Shown: piece after piece, positions 11,367-55,308 of the stretch | Layout: every line of letters starts with the position of its first letter | How positions within the stretch are numbered: the first letter of the stretch is position 1 | DNA from: Oopsacas minuta | Taxonomy: Eukaryota > Animalia > Porifera | Assembly: GCA_024704765.1 (NCBI GenBank) | Contig: JAKMXF010000038.1 | Coordinates: 1 to 58,984, forward strand | Reading direction: 5' to 3' | Length of the DNA: 58,984 nt | The notes under the pieces: model-generated | Told to the model about the DNA's origin: nothing | Databases searched by the model: none | The model's input: only the letters and a program-made list of their open reading frames with translations | Program-made: the position numbers and the translations under genes

Positions 11367-11788
11367 TAGACCTGCACTTTCTTTAGTTTATTCTATTTAT
11401 AGAAAATTTCAGAATCTCTAAAGCTAGTTTTCTATTAAATTTTGTTATTTTTGTTGTTTTTATGCTTTTAGATTTATTTACTTTTATAACTCTAAATGTA
11501 TAATATTTTCATATCCTTTAGTACCCAGAATGATTTAATTGTTATTTCCAGTAATTCTAAACATTTCCCTTAAAGTGTTGTAAGTTTCATCAAAACTGTA
11601 TTTTCTTTTGCAATACAAATTTGATGTAACCAAATTCGAATTTCCTGGAATGTCTATTTCCCGATTTATTATAAACAGTGAAATATTCTTAATTACAGAT
11701 ACACTCATTCAAATTATACGTATATACACACATATATGAATATCACTATTTGTGTTTGATCCAGTACATGAACCAATAATGAGATATT

Positions 11789-12142
11789 CTAATTTCCAAA
11801 GGTACTCTCCCCTCCATACGCTATATACAGGAATCCATCTTCATCCTTATTTTCCTCATACAGACTGCTAATAGGTGTACTTGTTGTTGGCATTGATTTG
11901 TTCACGAATAAGAACATTGCTTTCTCGGGAGGTAGCTGAATACGTCTACGTATTATATACATGAATTGAGCTACACTTAAGTCAGATGGGACTAAGTATT
12001 TCTTTTTGTCGATATCTGCTATGGAAGATTTAGGAACTTTCTCAACTATAACTGGTATTCTGTCTTGATATTTCAATAGAATCTTTGCGGACTCTTTACA
12101 GCGAGCTTCGAAAGAGCAAGTTTCCTTGAATTCCCACCGCAT
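11789..12142 (-). CDS. GABARAPL2: ATG8 family protein, GABARAPL2-like, intronless
   Basis: [58 protein letters not shown]; the lipidation Gly is penultimate. Confidence 0.92.
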   Translation of the reverse strand: MRWEFKETCSFEARCKESAKILLKYQDRIPVIVEKVPKSSIADIDKKKYLVPSDLSVAQFMYIIRRRIQLPPEKAMFLFVNKSMPTTSTPISSLYEENKDEDGFLYIAYGGESTFGN

Positions 12143-12554
12143 AGCTACTGGTATAAAATGAGATTTTAAGAGACACTTATATTCAATGATTTATATACTC
12201 CATATGAACTCGAAATCTTATTGTAACAGCTGTAACTGTATGTCATGAAGTGCTACCAGTCTTTTGTTCTAAACACAGGCTTCTCTGGTTGAATATTTAG
12301 CGTAGCAATTACATTGTAAGAGATGGAATCACTGATCATCAGTACATCTACAATTGTTTAACTTCTCTTAACAATAGACGGATAATGTGATACTGCTATT
12401 ATTATAGCTAGCTTCATATCCTCTTGAGTCATTATTATGTGATCTTTAATATTATTTTCTATACATTTCATTTACTGATATAGTTTCTAAAGCACGAGTT
12501 GTTTGTGTTGAATTAAAGTAACACGAGTTAATTAATGTGATCACCCCTCAAGGA

Positions 12555-13309
12555 TTAGTCTCTATTGTCGCAAATTTCGGATCGTGACCCACCCTTTTGA
12601 TTTTGTTTCCTATAACTTGCCAATAGTACCAATAATCCAGGCGCGAAAAGTAACACATTCATCTTAACAGACACACCTAAACTATATACTACACATCCTA
12701 ACAACCATCTGTTAGATAGGAATGCATAAACAGCTGAGTAAAGAAATAGCATTGCAATCGTATCATTAAATAACCTTAGAATGTAAATTGAATGAATTCG
12801 ATAAGCAGTACAACTTAGTAGCAAATACATGTACGGGGGAAGATCAGTGCTTTTCAAGTAAATGCGAAATATAACAGCAAATTCACGAGGTATATTCCTG
12901 CGAAGATACACTGTGCTAGAGGTATAATACGTCCGCAATCTGTGATACTATAAAGCACAGAAAATATATAAACAAATCCAGCTGGGTAGACTAAAGGACC
13001 TGTCGAACCGTTTAATTTAGCATAATCCAATGTACCATTGATAAAACCTTCTACTTCATGTATATAATAAGCTTCCTAATCAATTTCTGTATACTTCACA
13101 TGATTTATCACTAATACATTTAGTATTAGCTCGATTGGTAGTAGGATAGCACAGGTCAGCCATGAGAAAGAGGGAGAATATATGAGATCTTGGAGAAGAA
13201 AATTCTCATTGATTCCTATGTAGTTTTTGATGGAAGAGATTATGTTGAGTGCTTTTGGAGATTTAGTGTTGGTTGTATACTTGGTTCTGTGGGTATTTCG
13301 TTTATGCAT
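12555..13309 (-). pseudogene. ALG3: ALG3 alpha-1,3-mannosyltransferase pseudogene (N-terminal half, intronless)
   Basis: YTEID-TAG (conserved Trp replaced by a stop at 13076-13078), then in frame [12 protein letters not shown]...[14 protein letters not shown] frameshift near 12870 leads into YRIHSIYILRLFND...SVKMNVLLFAPGLL, and homology ends near 12620. Confidence 0.85.
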
Positions 13310-13690
13310 TGAGAATTAAAATCTACAAATATGTGAAAAAATAATTTATAAAAAGTTATTCTTAACTACAGTTAGGCCAAATGCGTCACCTCTATACGCT
13401 TAGTATGTACTTGGCCATGGATGGTGGATATAGTAGATTCCTACTGTAAACCTCGAGCAAGCAGGTTAGATGGGAAAATGTAATCACTTCGCGATGAACT
13501 CGGGGCATTGGCCTCGAGGTATCCATTATTCTCAAAATTGGCGGGCCCTTTGAGTATTATAATACATATATATATATATACATAAAGAACAATGTAATTC
13601 ACAAATATACGTATATGGCATATATATCAAATTATTCAGTAAGATCAACCCCAATCGAAGCCGTTAAGAGCAAGTACCTGGGTAAATTTT

Positions 13691-13877
13691 GCAGTTTCCA
13701 GCAGTTACCAGCAATTTCGCACAGTTTCGCATAGTTTCCAGCAGTTTCGCACAGTTTCCCACAGTTTCGCACAGTTTCCCACAGTTTCCCACCGTTTCGC
13801 ATACTTTCCAGCACTTTCGCACAGTTTCTAGCACTTTCGCACACTTTCCAGCAGTTTCCAACGGTTTCTCTCAGTTT
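13691..13877. repeat. 10-bp minisatellite (consensus about CAGTTTCGCA / CAGTTTCCAG), about 18 degenerate copies
   Basis: gcagtttcca gcagttacca gcaatttcgc acagtttcgc ... acagtttccc ... gcactttcgc; this explains the three spurious ORFs here. Confidence 0.9.
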
Positions 13878-14363
13878 TTTTTCCAGTATTACCACTTTTT
13901 ACCGAGAGCTCTATTGAGCAGAGCCTATCCTCTATTGTTAGCTTCCGATAAATAATGAATATTCGGTAATATTCGAATTAATTAACGGCAATTATCGCCC
14001 AAATATTCGACAGAAATTTGCATTAAAATTTCAATAGAAATTGCATTACAGTATTAATTCAACACAAATACTATAACGTTACTATAGTAACATATATAGT
14101 GCAGGTGTTGTAGATTGTCTTAAAGTATTATATTTTACATAGACAATTACTGCAGGTGTTGTGCTAGGTTGCAGGTGGCCAGGAAATTGTTTGCAGGTGT
14201 TTTGCAGGCATCTGAGAAATTAGTATAAATAGGAACGGATTTTTCATCAATTATTTGGTACCGGTTGCGAAGATTCTACTCGCGATTCTCCTCTACAAGA
14301 CTGAGTTGGTCTTTTATTTATGTCAACGTGATTGTTTGTTTGTTATTGATGTCTAACATGGTT

Positions 14364-14487
14364 TTATTAATAGTAACACCTTGTCATGTCTTACTTATTG
14401 TCCCGATTCATATATTATTAATAGTAACACCTTGTTATGTCTTACTTGTTGTCCCGATTCATATTATTTATTCTAACACCTTGTCAT
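14364..14487. repeat. 51-bp tandem repeat, about 2.4 copies
   Basis: ttattaatagtaacaccttgtcatgtcttacttattgtcccgattcatata at 14364 and again at 14415 with 2 substitutions, plus a partial third copy. Confidence 0.9.
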
Positions 14488-14747
14488 TGGTATTATTCAT
14501 ATGGAATGAATACAATTTTCTCTTTGGGAATTGTTTTAACTTCTATCATATCATTTATTCTTTTGCGTTCATACAATTAATTCTGAACTTTATCGTGCTC
14601 CTTGACCAGTAGATAAATTCAACTTTGGTCTTGGACTATACAAAAGTAGTCCAGTTCGGATTTAAGTCCTTTCGAACTTGGCTCTATGCCTGCAGAGTTG
14701 GGATATTATAAATGTTTCGATTCTCTTTTAAGCTAGGTAGAAAACTA

Positions 14748-15152
14748 ATGTCTAAAGAGCAGGGGAAAGAGAAACTAGGAGAGGTATGTCATCATCTGGA
14801 GCAAATGATCGTGGACACTAGGACTGTAGGAATAATGGTTGATGATTTCCAGAGTGGCAATCAAGCTAGACTGAATCAAAATCTGAATAAAATAATAGAC
14901 AACCTCCGTATGTTAGACAACCTGAAGGGACATTTGTATGATATTATGATACCTAAAGATGTATTGAATTATGTGGATGAAGGAAAAAGCCCTGAACTGT
15001 ATAACAAGGATTGTTTGGAGAAATCTTTAGCAAAGCAAGAGGTTGTACAGGCGAAAGTCAATATTTACAAGAAATTACACGATCAGTTGTTGAAAGATCT
15101 CAAGGAATATTATCCTGAAATGGTGCATGCTTATAAGAAGTCTAGAAAATGA
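14748..15152 (+). CDS. MED10: Mediator subunit 10, intronless
   Basis: GIMVDDFQ...NLNKIIDNL...IPKDVLNYVDEGKSPELYNKDCLEK matches MED10. The likely start is ATG 14748 (MSKEQ); the track ORF starts at 14712. Confidence 0.85.
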   Translation: MSKEQGKEKLGEVCHHLEQMIVDTRTVGIMVDDFQSGNQARLNQNLNKIIDNLRMLDNLKGHLYDIMIPKDVLNYVDEGKSPELYNKDCLEKSLAKQEVVQAKVNIYKKLHDQLLKDLKEYYPEMVHAYKKSRK

Positions 15153-15758
15153 ATTATTTGATTCTACGTATTTCTGGGTAATTTGCTAATAATCATTATT
15201 ATGAATTTCATTTTGATAGTTATTCCTAGAGGTTGTAGCCCATATAGCCGAGCCAGCACGAGGCCCTTCTAGTTGGGGCCTGGCTTGGCTTCTGGCCTAA
15301 CCTTAGGCATACGCCCCAAGTGACCAGCACTTGTAGCAATACCTTGTATTACGAATTTTAAAATTCGAAAATATTATATGTTAGGGTCATATTATTCATA
15401 GAACCTATTATCCTTTATATAAACTGTATAAACGGCTTGATGATCAGCATGTGGAGAGTAATTGGTTGGGGCTTATATTTCAGGGATCAGAAGTCTTGGG
15501 CCGCGTCCTGCCAGAGCGGGTTACGATTTATTACATTCTAAATCAATTGAAACTGGGATCGCATTCAATAGATAATTCTATCATTCATTTTATTGGAATA
15601 CTGTACGAGAAATGCACCACCACCAAGTGGGAATATATTGAACAAGCTATAGCACAGTTTGGAATGTATCATATTACAGTATAATAGTTGTAGCTCGTAT
15701 AACAATTCTGTTCATATAAATACTTTTGTATAGTTGTAGCAAATATTATCCTACACAA

Positions 15759-17027
15759 ATGGCTAGTACAGATGTTAAGCTGAATTTCCCAACTCAGATA
15801 AAAGAGAGTAGAAAGAAGATTCAAGACTGCTTCAAGAGGTCGCATGAAGCTCTACAACTCAGAGAGAGTATCCTCCTCTCTCGTATTGATCAAATAGAGA
15901 AAGATTATAATAGCAAAACTCAAGAAATGAATTCATTGGTCGAAGCTTTGAACAAAGAAATGACTCAAGCTACAGAGACTCTCTCCGCTAATAAACTTTC
16001 TGAAACTCACAAACAAATTTGTTCAATTATCGAAAGCAAGATAACAGAACTAACAGCTGAGACAGACAGTAGTATTGCATTTGAATGGAACAATCAATTC
16101 GAGACTGACATAGAACAGCTAGGGAGTATTAGGCTTAACAGTCAGACTAACATATCTCCCACCAGCACCTTCCCTCCTCAAGTGAAGCCTGTTGTACCTG
16201 ACTACAAGGCTAAACAGCTGCCTACTGCTTACTACTGTAAGAGATCAGACAAGATAGCTCCAGGAGAACTGAACTATCCCACAGGTATAGCAATACATTA
16301 CCAAACTGGAAACATTTACATAGCAGATATGAACAACAATCGTGTACAAGTATATACCAGTAACGGAGACTATCTCTTCATGTTCAGTGGGAAGATGAAC
16401 AAACCTATAGGTATCTGTATATCTCAGAATAAAGTGTTTGTTACACAATGGCAAGGTCATTGTATTAATATGTACGAGCTAAAAGGGAAACTAATCAAGA
16501 GTGTTGGCAGTTATAGGAAGGGAGAAGCTCAGTCCTCCTTTCCAAACGCACTAGATGTCTCCGATAGAAATAGCAATGTGTACGTATGTGATTGCTCTAA
16601 TAACCAAGTTCAAATCTTAACTCAAGAACTCAAGTTCCATTCTATGCTAGGAATAGACTTGTTTAAGTATCCACGTGACGTTAAGGTTACAAGAGACAGA
16701 GTATTGGTGCTAGATGATAGTGATCCGTGTATGTTTGTGTTCAATTCAGATCACGTTCTAACCAACAGACTGATAACTAGAGGTGTTGGCAAACAAACAA
16801 ATTTTCCATACTGTTTCGACATAGACAGAGACTATAACATCATTATGAGTGACTACTATAATCACTGTGTATACATATTCAATCAGGAAGGGGAACAGAT
16901 ACACAAGTTTGGGAAGGAAGGTCAGGGTATCGGGGAGTTCTATTATCCCTGGGGAATAGCATTAGACAACACAGGACACATTATAGTTGTGTGTCAGAAG
17001 AATACTAATTGTCTACAATTCTTTTGA
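15759..17027 (+). CDS. Coiled-coil + NHL-repeat protein, copy 4
   Basis: Intronless; ATG 15759 (MASTDVKLNF) is chosen by alignment with copy 5; six NHL blades. Confidence 0.92.
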   Translation: MASTDVKLNFPTQIKESRKKIQDCFKRSHEALQLRESILLSRIDQIEKDYNSKTQEMNSLVEALNKEMTQATETLSANKLSETHKQICSIIESKITELTAETDSSIAFEWNNQFETDIEQLGSIRLNSQTNISPTSTFPPQVKPVVPDYKAKQLPTAYYCKRSDKIAPGELNYPTGIAIHYQTGNIYIADMNNNRVQVYTSNGDYLFMFSGKMNKPIGICISQNKVFVTQWQGHCINMYELKGKLIKSVGSYRKGEAQSSFPNALDVSDRNSNVYVCDCSNNQVQILTQELKFHSMLGIDLFKYPRDVKVTRDRVLVLDDSDPCMFVFNSDHVLTNRLITRGVGKQTNFPYCFDIDRDYNIIMSDYYNHCVYIFNQEGEQIHKFGKEGQGIGEFYYPWGIALDNTGHIIVVCQKNTNCLQFF

Positions 17028-17484
17028 TAAATTCTGTATTTTCTTGTACTTATTTATTATAGATTGCTCTAATGCTAATTGCCTTGGTTCAAGGTTGGGT
17101 TGGTTAACCGAATTTCCATTTATGCCTCCCTTGCCTGATACCTGACCTTGAGTACTTGCTTTTGGCTCTATCCCTTCACGGTGTCTCACAATTTCATCAA
17201 ATACTTGTAAATTTTGGTCAAAAATCTGTGATTAGTCACAGTTAGTTCTCATAAAATTATTCTAATGCACTTTACTGATTTACAATACTTAAGGATTGAC
17301 GTATATATGCGTATACGTATGTGTCGAATGATAATTGAGTAGGAGAAGTAAATTTAATTTCGGATTAGTGGTAATATGCATGGATCTGGCTTAATTCAGA
17401 ATGATTCAAATGATTACTAGAGGCATCATATTATACGAATATTCATTCTTTATTCTATTTCATTAACTTGCTACCTGTCTAGAA

Positions 17485-18324
17485 ATGTCATACAATCATC
17501 TCGAGCCTGGTAAGACAACATACATACCATCTGTACGAATTGGTAACTGGAGAGAAGATTTAGCTCTTGAAGAAGAAATGTTCAGAGAATTCCTTTCTAA
17601 AAAAGAGGCTGGCGAGTTGTTAATACAAAAATCAAGCGCTCTCTTACAACAAGTTACAACACCTGTAGACATTTCATCTGATAAAGAAACTATCTCTTTT
17701 GGAGATAAAATAATTATATTTCACGCACAAACACAACATACTTTATCCGCTCATATTCCAGTGGGAGTATTGCATTTGTCTGATGCGATAAAATCTCCTT
17801 GTTCTGTGACAGGTTCTACGAGCTTACTGCCGACTGTACGTAATACGTTTACTATACACAGTGTTTCACCTGAAGTTAGTGACGGTGATCCGGTTCGCTT
17901 CAACCAACCTTTTTATCTGAAAACACAGGAAGGCCCTGGTGGAGATCTCTATCTACACAGTGATACAGCTAGTTTCTCAAAAGACGCGAAAAAAAGCCGA
18001 CAGCAAGAAGTTCTACTGGTATCACCTGCTTCATATTTCTGCGCATGGAAGATACTTTGTGTTAGAGAAAGAGATCGATTAGAAACAGAGGGAGAAACTG
18101 TACCAGCAAATTCGATAATACTTCTTAACCATTGTAGAACTAACCAAAATCTCTCCTGCCTCTCACAATTCTCATACAAAACTAATTTTGGTCTAGAGCA
18201 TGAGATCACTGCACATACACACTACACACAGTATAAGACTATTGGTACTCAGAATCATTGGGTTTTGATGAATAAATCTCCCTCGAAAGTAATGGAAGAA
18301 TCGAAAAAGTCTCCTGAACAGTAA
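17485..18324 (+). CDS. CFAP161: Cilia- and flagella-associated protein 161, intronless
   Basis: N-terminal YIPSVRIGNWREDLALEEEMFREFLSKKEAGELLIQKS is typical of CFAP161 (C15orf26); the length fits. Confidence 0.8.
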   Translation: MSYNHLEPGKTTYIPSVRIGNWREDLALEEEMFREFLSKKEAGELLIQKSSALLQQVTTPVDISSDKETISFGDKIIIFHAQTQHTLSAHIPVGVLHLSDAIKSPCSVTGSTSLLPTVRNTFTIHSVSPEVSDGDPVRFNQPFYLKTQEGPGGDLYLHSDTASFSKDAKKSRQQEVLLVSPASYFCAWKILCVRERDRLETEGETVPANSIILLNHCRTNQNLSCLSQFSYKTNFGLEHEITAHTHYTQYKTIGTQNHWVLMNKSPSKVMEESKKSPEQ

Positions 18325-18959
18325 TGTAAGGAATTTCACATATTTTATTCGCCTTAGTTTATTCTATATTTATTTCATTCAAAACTTACTTCTATCACTT
18401 TACCACATAAATATATTCCAATTAGCATTTCTTACTTGTTTATAAAGGAGGGTGAAATCGTCCCGAGGTACACCTAAACTGCCCGTGTATACCAAAAACC
18501 AAGCCTGGAATAGCTATACAACACCTTACTAATATTAGGCTACTGCTTATAGTTAAAGTTTCTGCTCCATCGTCTGCATCAAGTTTACCTTCTGCAGGAA
18601 GTATGATCATATGTTATCAATATCTCATTTTGTCAGTGAAATTCAACTACACAATATATTTAGTAACTAACGGGTGAATAGTAGTGATTTTATCTTCACA
18701 GACCTCCTTTAACACGCGTAATTAAAATATTTCGAAGTAGAGTCATTGAATTGGCCACATTGTATAATGATAAAGTCTCAAATAATGAGATAATGATAAT
18801 GATATACACATGCTTAGATGGACATCATATGGAACTGAAACATGTTTCTCATTTACAGGGGACTTAGATTAATTCATGGGAAAGCTTTTCTGCTATATAC
18901 TCACGTACGCATTTATTGTATTTTTATTGCATAGTTTATCCCTTTAGCTAATCAAGACA

Positions 18960-21900
18960 ATGTACATCAAAGATATTATTATTGACGGATTCAAGTCATA
19001 TGCTAAAAGAACACAAATAGGAGAATTCGACCCTCAGTTTACTGCTATCACAGGTCTCAATGGTAGCGGAAAATCTAACATACTAGATGCGATATGTTTC
19101 GTGCTTGGAATATCTAACTTAAGTCAAGTACGTGCAAGCAGCTTACAGGATTTGGTTTATAAAAGCGGGCAAACAGGAGTGACGAAAGCAACTGTAACAA
19201 TAACATTTGATAATACTGATAAAGCACAGAGTCCTATGGGTTATCATTGGAAAGATAGCATAACTATTACCAGACAGGTTGTCATTGGAGGGAAAAACAA
19301 ATATCTTATAGACGGCGTGATGGCAACCCCTGGGCGTATTCATGACCTATTCACATCAGTACAACTCAATATTCAAAATCCGCATTTTCTTATTATGCAA
19401 GGTCGTATTACAAAAGTTCTCAATATGAAACCGCCAGAGATATTATCTCTATTGGAAGAAGCAGCCGGTACGAGAATGTGGGAGAATAAGAAATTAACTG
19501 CTCAGCGAACTATTGATAAGAAGAACCAGAAATTGGCGGAGATTGAAGATGTCCTTGCTAGTGAAATCAATCCTACTCTCACTCGATTGCATTCAGAGAG
19601 AGCTGCGTACCTCGCTTATCAACGCTGTATTTCAGAATTAGAACAGCTGACTCGACTACAACTAGCTAAGGATTTTCTTAAAGCTGAATCTGTTCTAGAA
19701 AATTCTAATTCTGCTATTGCTGATTGCGCGAGTGAGAAAGAGAATATTCATTCTGCTATAGCCGAGACACATCAAAGAATAATTGGTATTCAAGGTAAAA
19801 TGGTGGAAGCTAGAGAAAATATGGGCTACGAAACTCAAAACGAATTGAAAGAATTACAAGAATTACTTGATGCTGAAGGTAAAATACACGCGAAACAAGA
19901 ATCACTTTTACAGAATATTCAGTATCAAATCGACCAGGAAAAGAAAAAAATACAAAGGTTAATAAAATCTTCAAAAGATGACAAACAGGTGCTAGCATCA
20001 CGACAGGGAGAAGTTGATAGCTTCGAACAGATGTTTAATAATCTCAAAGAAGCTGTCCAGACCGCGCATAACAATTTGAAGAAAGCACAAGCACAATACC
20101 AAGCTGTATCAACTGGTAACTTTTCTGCTGTCCAAGAAGATGGTGAAGTATCACAAACATTACAGCAACAGTTAATGTCATGCATTACAGCTATTTCACA
20201 GGCGAAAACTGATCTCAAGCAAGGTGAAATACGTTTCAAACAAGCAAGGCTAGAAATGAAACAAGCAGAGCAGCAGTGTAAAGATGGCCAAACTGAATAC
20301 GCACAGGAAAAATCACAATTTGAAAAATCTGAGGAAGATACTAAATCACTTGAAGCGAAAATACAACAAACCCAATTCGCAGTTGACCAGTACCAATCTC
20401 TTAAACAAGAACGTGCTAATATTAGCAGTACTATAGCACAGGTTAAAGGGGAAATGAATAAATTACGAATGGATAATACATTTCTGAACAGGCTACATTT
20501 CAATTATAAACGCGGACCAGTGCTAAACGACACAACAGTGAAAGGGGTCCTTGCAAGAAAATTGGTTGTCAAGGACCCTAGTTATTACGCCGCATTGGAA
20601 TGTGCCGGGGGAGGAAAACTTTACAATATTATCGTAGACACAGAAGAAACTGGTAAGAAATTGTTGAAGAGTGAATTAGAAAACCGAGTGACTCTAATCC
20701 CATTGAATAAGATACAATCTAGAGAAATTCCTAAGGATATAATGCGACGTATTATAACTGCTACAAATAACGAAGCTGCTCTTGCCTTATCTTTTATACA
20801 ATACCCGAAAGAGTTACAATCTGCTATGACGTATGCATTCGGTAATGTAGTTATTTGTAAGGACAATAAACAGGCGAAAGATGTTTGTCATACTTTTGAA
20901 GTTACGACTGTTACTTTGGATGGGAACAAGTTTGAACCATCTGGTATTGTCACTGGAGGTTCCCCTGATAGTAAACATATTTTCTTAAAACTTTCTAAAC
21001 TCGATAAAGCGTCTGGTGAGATTGAAAAGTTGGAAGAGAAATTGAAAATGTTGGAAAATAGTATCAGTCAAATGGAGCGAAATAAAGTTGAATTTGACAA
21101 GTTGAGCAGAGAACTTGAATTACAACAACAGAAATCCAACCATTTGAAAACTAGATTACTTCAAAGTTATGTAGGACAGAAAGTACAGGAATTTGAAAAA
21201 CTGAAAGGTGAAGTGACAACTGAGCAAGAAAAGATTTCTGAGTCAAAAAAGGTTTTAGAATCGAAACTAGTTTTAAAATCAGATTTAGAAATGAAGATAT
21301 CAAACATAGATCAATATCGTGAACAGGAATTAGAACGAGCGCAACGGGAATTGCACGTGTGTAAAGAGGCAGTGCAGACAACAGAAAAAGCATTGAGCGA
21401 AAAAGAAGGCTCTCTACAGCATGTATTAGCTGAAGCTGAAGGCTTGAGGAATAGCATTCAGGAATATGAAACTGAATTGGAGGAAAGGAATGCTTCTCTT
21501 GAAGAAAAGATTTGTACACAGACAACAGAACATGAAATTGAACAGAATATTTCTAATAAGGTTAATGTATTAAAAGAGCAAGTTGAAGTGAAAAAGAATG
21601 AATTGAAACTATCTTGTAAGGAATTGAGAATGATGGAAGATCAAATTCAACTCTTAGAAGAAAAGAAACAGAGATTGATTTTAGAAGAAAAAGCAGCTGA
21701 ACACAAGCTAGCAAAATTAAAGAAAGATCTCAAAGACGCTAATACACTCGTGGAACAAATGTTACAGAAATATAATTGGATTGCTACTGAAAAACAGTAC
21801 TTTGGAGTGCCGAATTCCGCGTTTGATTTCAATATTATGGAAGATGGCACACTCAGAACGAAGATTAGCTCACTTACGAAAGAAAAAGAGAAATTAACTA

Positions 21901-22487
21901 ATAATGTAAATATGCGAGCTATGACAATGTTAGGACAAGCTGAGGAGAAATACAATGATTTGATGCATAAAAAAGATATTGTAGAAAACGATAAAACAAA
22001 GATTGCTAATCTTATCAGTGAATTGGATGCGAAGAAGAACGAAGCTCTGGACAAAGCCTGGCATCAGGTTAACAAGGATTTTGAGTCGATATTTAGTACG
22101 CTACTGCCTGGAGCTACTGCTAAACTGGAGCCTCCTGAGGGAGCTAGCTTCCTGGAGGGGCTAGAGTTTAGGATAGCATTCGGTGGCATGTGGAAAGAAA
22201 GTTTGTCTGAATTATCTGGTGGACAACGTTCTCTTATCGCTCTATCTCTTATTCTCTCTCTTCTCCTGTTTAAGCCTGCCCCGCTATACATTCTTGATGA
22301 GATAGACGCTGCATTGGATTTATCACACACACAGAATATTGGATTAATGCTACAGAATCACTTCAAACATTCTCAATTCATAGTTGTATCACTCAAAGAA
22401 GGAATGTTCAATAACGCTAATGTATTATTCAAGACTAAGTTTGTTGAGGGAATCTCTACTGTAACTCGCCAGCTACAAAAACCTTAA
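18960..22487 (+). CDS. SMC2: Condensin subunit SMC2, 1175 aa, intronless
   Basis: IDGFKSYA, TGLNGSGKSNILDAICFVLGISNLSQVRA, hinge [38 protein letters not shown]. Confidence 0.97.
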   Translation: MYIKDIIIDGFKSYAKRTQIGEFDPQFTAITGLNGSGKSNILDAICFVLGISNLSQVRASSLQDLVYKSGQTGVTKATVTITFDNTDKAQSPMGYHWKDSITITRQVVIGGKNKYLIDGVMATPGRIHDLFTSVQLNIQNPHFLIMQGRITKVLNMKPPEILSLLEEAAGTRMWENKKLTAQRTIDKKNQKLAEIEDVLASEINPTLTRLHSERAAYLAYQRCISELEQLTRLQLAKDFLKAESVLENSNSAIADCASEKENIHSAIAETHQRIIGIQGKMVEARENMGYETQNELKELQELLDAEGKIHAKQESLLQNIQYQIDQEKKKIQRLIKSSKDDKQVLASRQGEVDSFEQMFNNLKEAVQTAHNNLKKAQAQYQAVSTGNFSAVQEDGEVSQTLQQQLMSCITAISQAKTDLKQGEIRFKQARLEMKQAEQQCKDGQTEYAQEKSQFEKSEEDTKSLEAKIQQTQFAVDQYQSLKQERANISSTIAQVKGEMNKLRMDNTFLNRLHFNYKRGPVLNDTTVKGVLARKLVVKDPSYYAALECAGGGKLYNIIVDTEETGKKLLKSELENRVTLIPLNKIQSREIPKDIMRRIITATNNEAALALSFIQYPKELQSAMTYAFGNVVICKDNKQAKDVCHTFEVTTVTLDGNKFEPSGIVTGGSPDSKHIFLKLSKLDKASGEIEKLEEKLKMLENSISQMERNKVEFDKLSRELELQQQKSNHLKTRLLQSYVGQKVQEFEKLKGEVTTEQEKISESKKVLESKLVLKSDLEMKISNIDQYREQELERAQRELHVCKEAVQTTEKALSEKEGSLQHVLAEAEGLRNSIQEYETELEERNASLEEKICTQTTEHEIEQNISNKVNVLKEQVEVKKNELKLSCKELRMMEDQIQLLEEKKQRLILEEKAAEHKLAKLKKDLKDANTLVEQMLQKYNWIATEKQYFGVPNSAFDFNIMEDGTLRTKISSLTKEKEKLTNNVNMRAMTMLGQAEEKYNDLMHKKDIVENDKTKIANLISELDAKKNEALDKAWHQVNKDFESIFSTLLPGATAKLEPPEGASFLEGLEFRIAFGGMWKESLSELSGGQRSLIALSLILSLLLFKPAPLYILDEIDAALDLSHTQNIGLMLQNHFKHSQFIVVSLKEGMFNNANVLFKTKFVEGISTVTRQLQKP

Positions 22488-22813
22488 TCTGTACGCGAGT
22501 AAATTTAGTTTAGAAATCTGTTATATCACTTTCTGATATTACTGATAATTGTTGAATCATATACACTAATAGATTGTCTTTTATACTGACTATAATAGAG
22601 AAATGTTCACTCTCCTGTTCACACTTTTAGAGATTAAGACACCAAATTTGGCACGTATACCCGTAGTGATATCTAGCTGTGCACCCGACATTAGATAATT
22701 TTCTTATGTGTATATTTCTATCATAACTATAGCTAATTAGAGGCCATCTCTCTATTGGAGCTGTATTTATCGATTAGATTGTAATTACAATTTTATAATA
22801 TAAACTTTTAGAA

Positions 22814-55308
<32,495 letters not shown>

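Noticed and set aside
13632-13955. Three ORFs with periodic C/K/L/W content
   Set aside because: Artefacts of the 10-bp minisatellite.
14364-14487. Direct repeats considered as a possible CRISPR array
   Set aside because: The units are contiguous with no unique spacers, there are no cas genes, and the context is eukaryotic.
14265-14612. Hydrophobic 115-aa ORF
   Set aside because: Generated by the AT-rich 51-bp tandem repeat.
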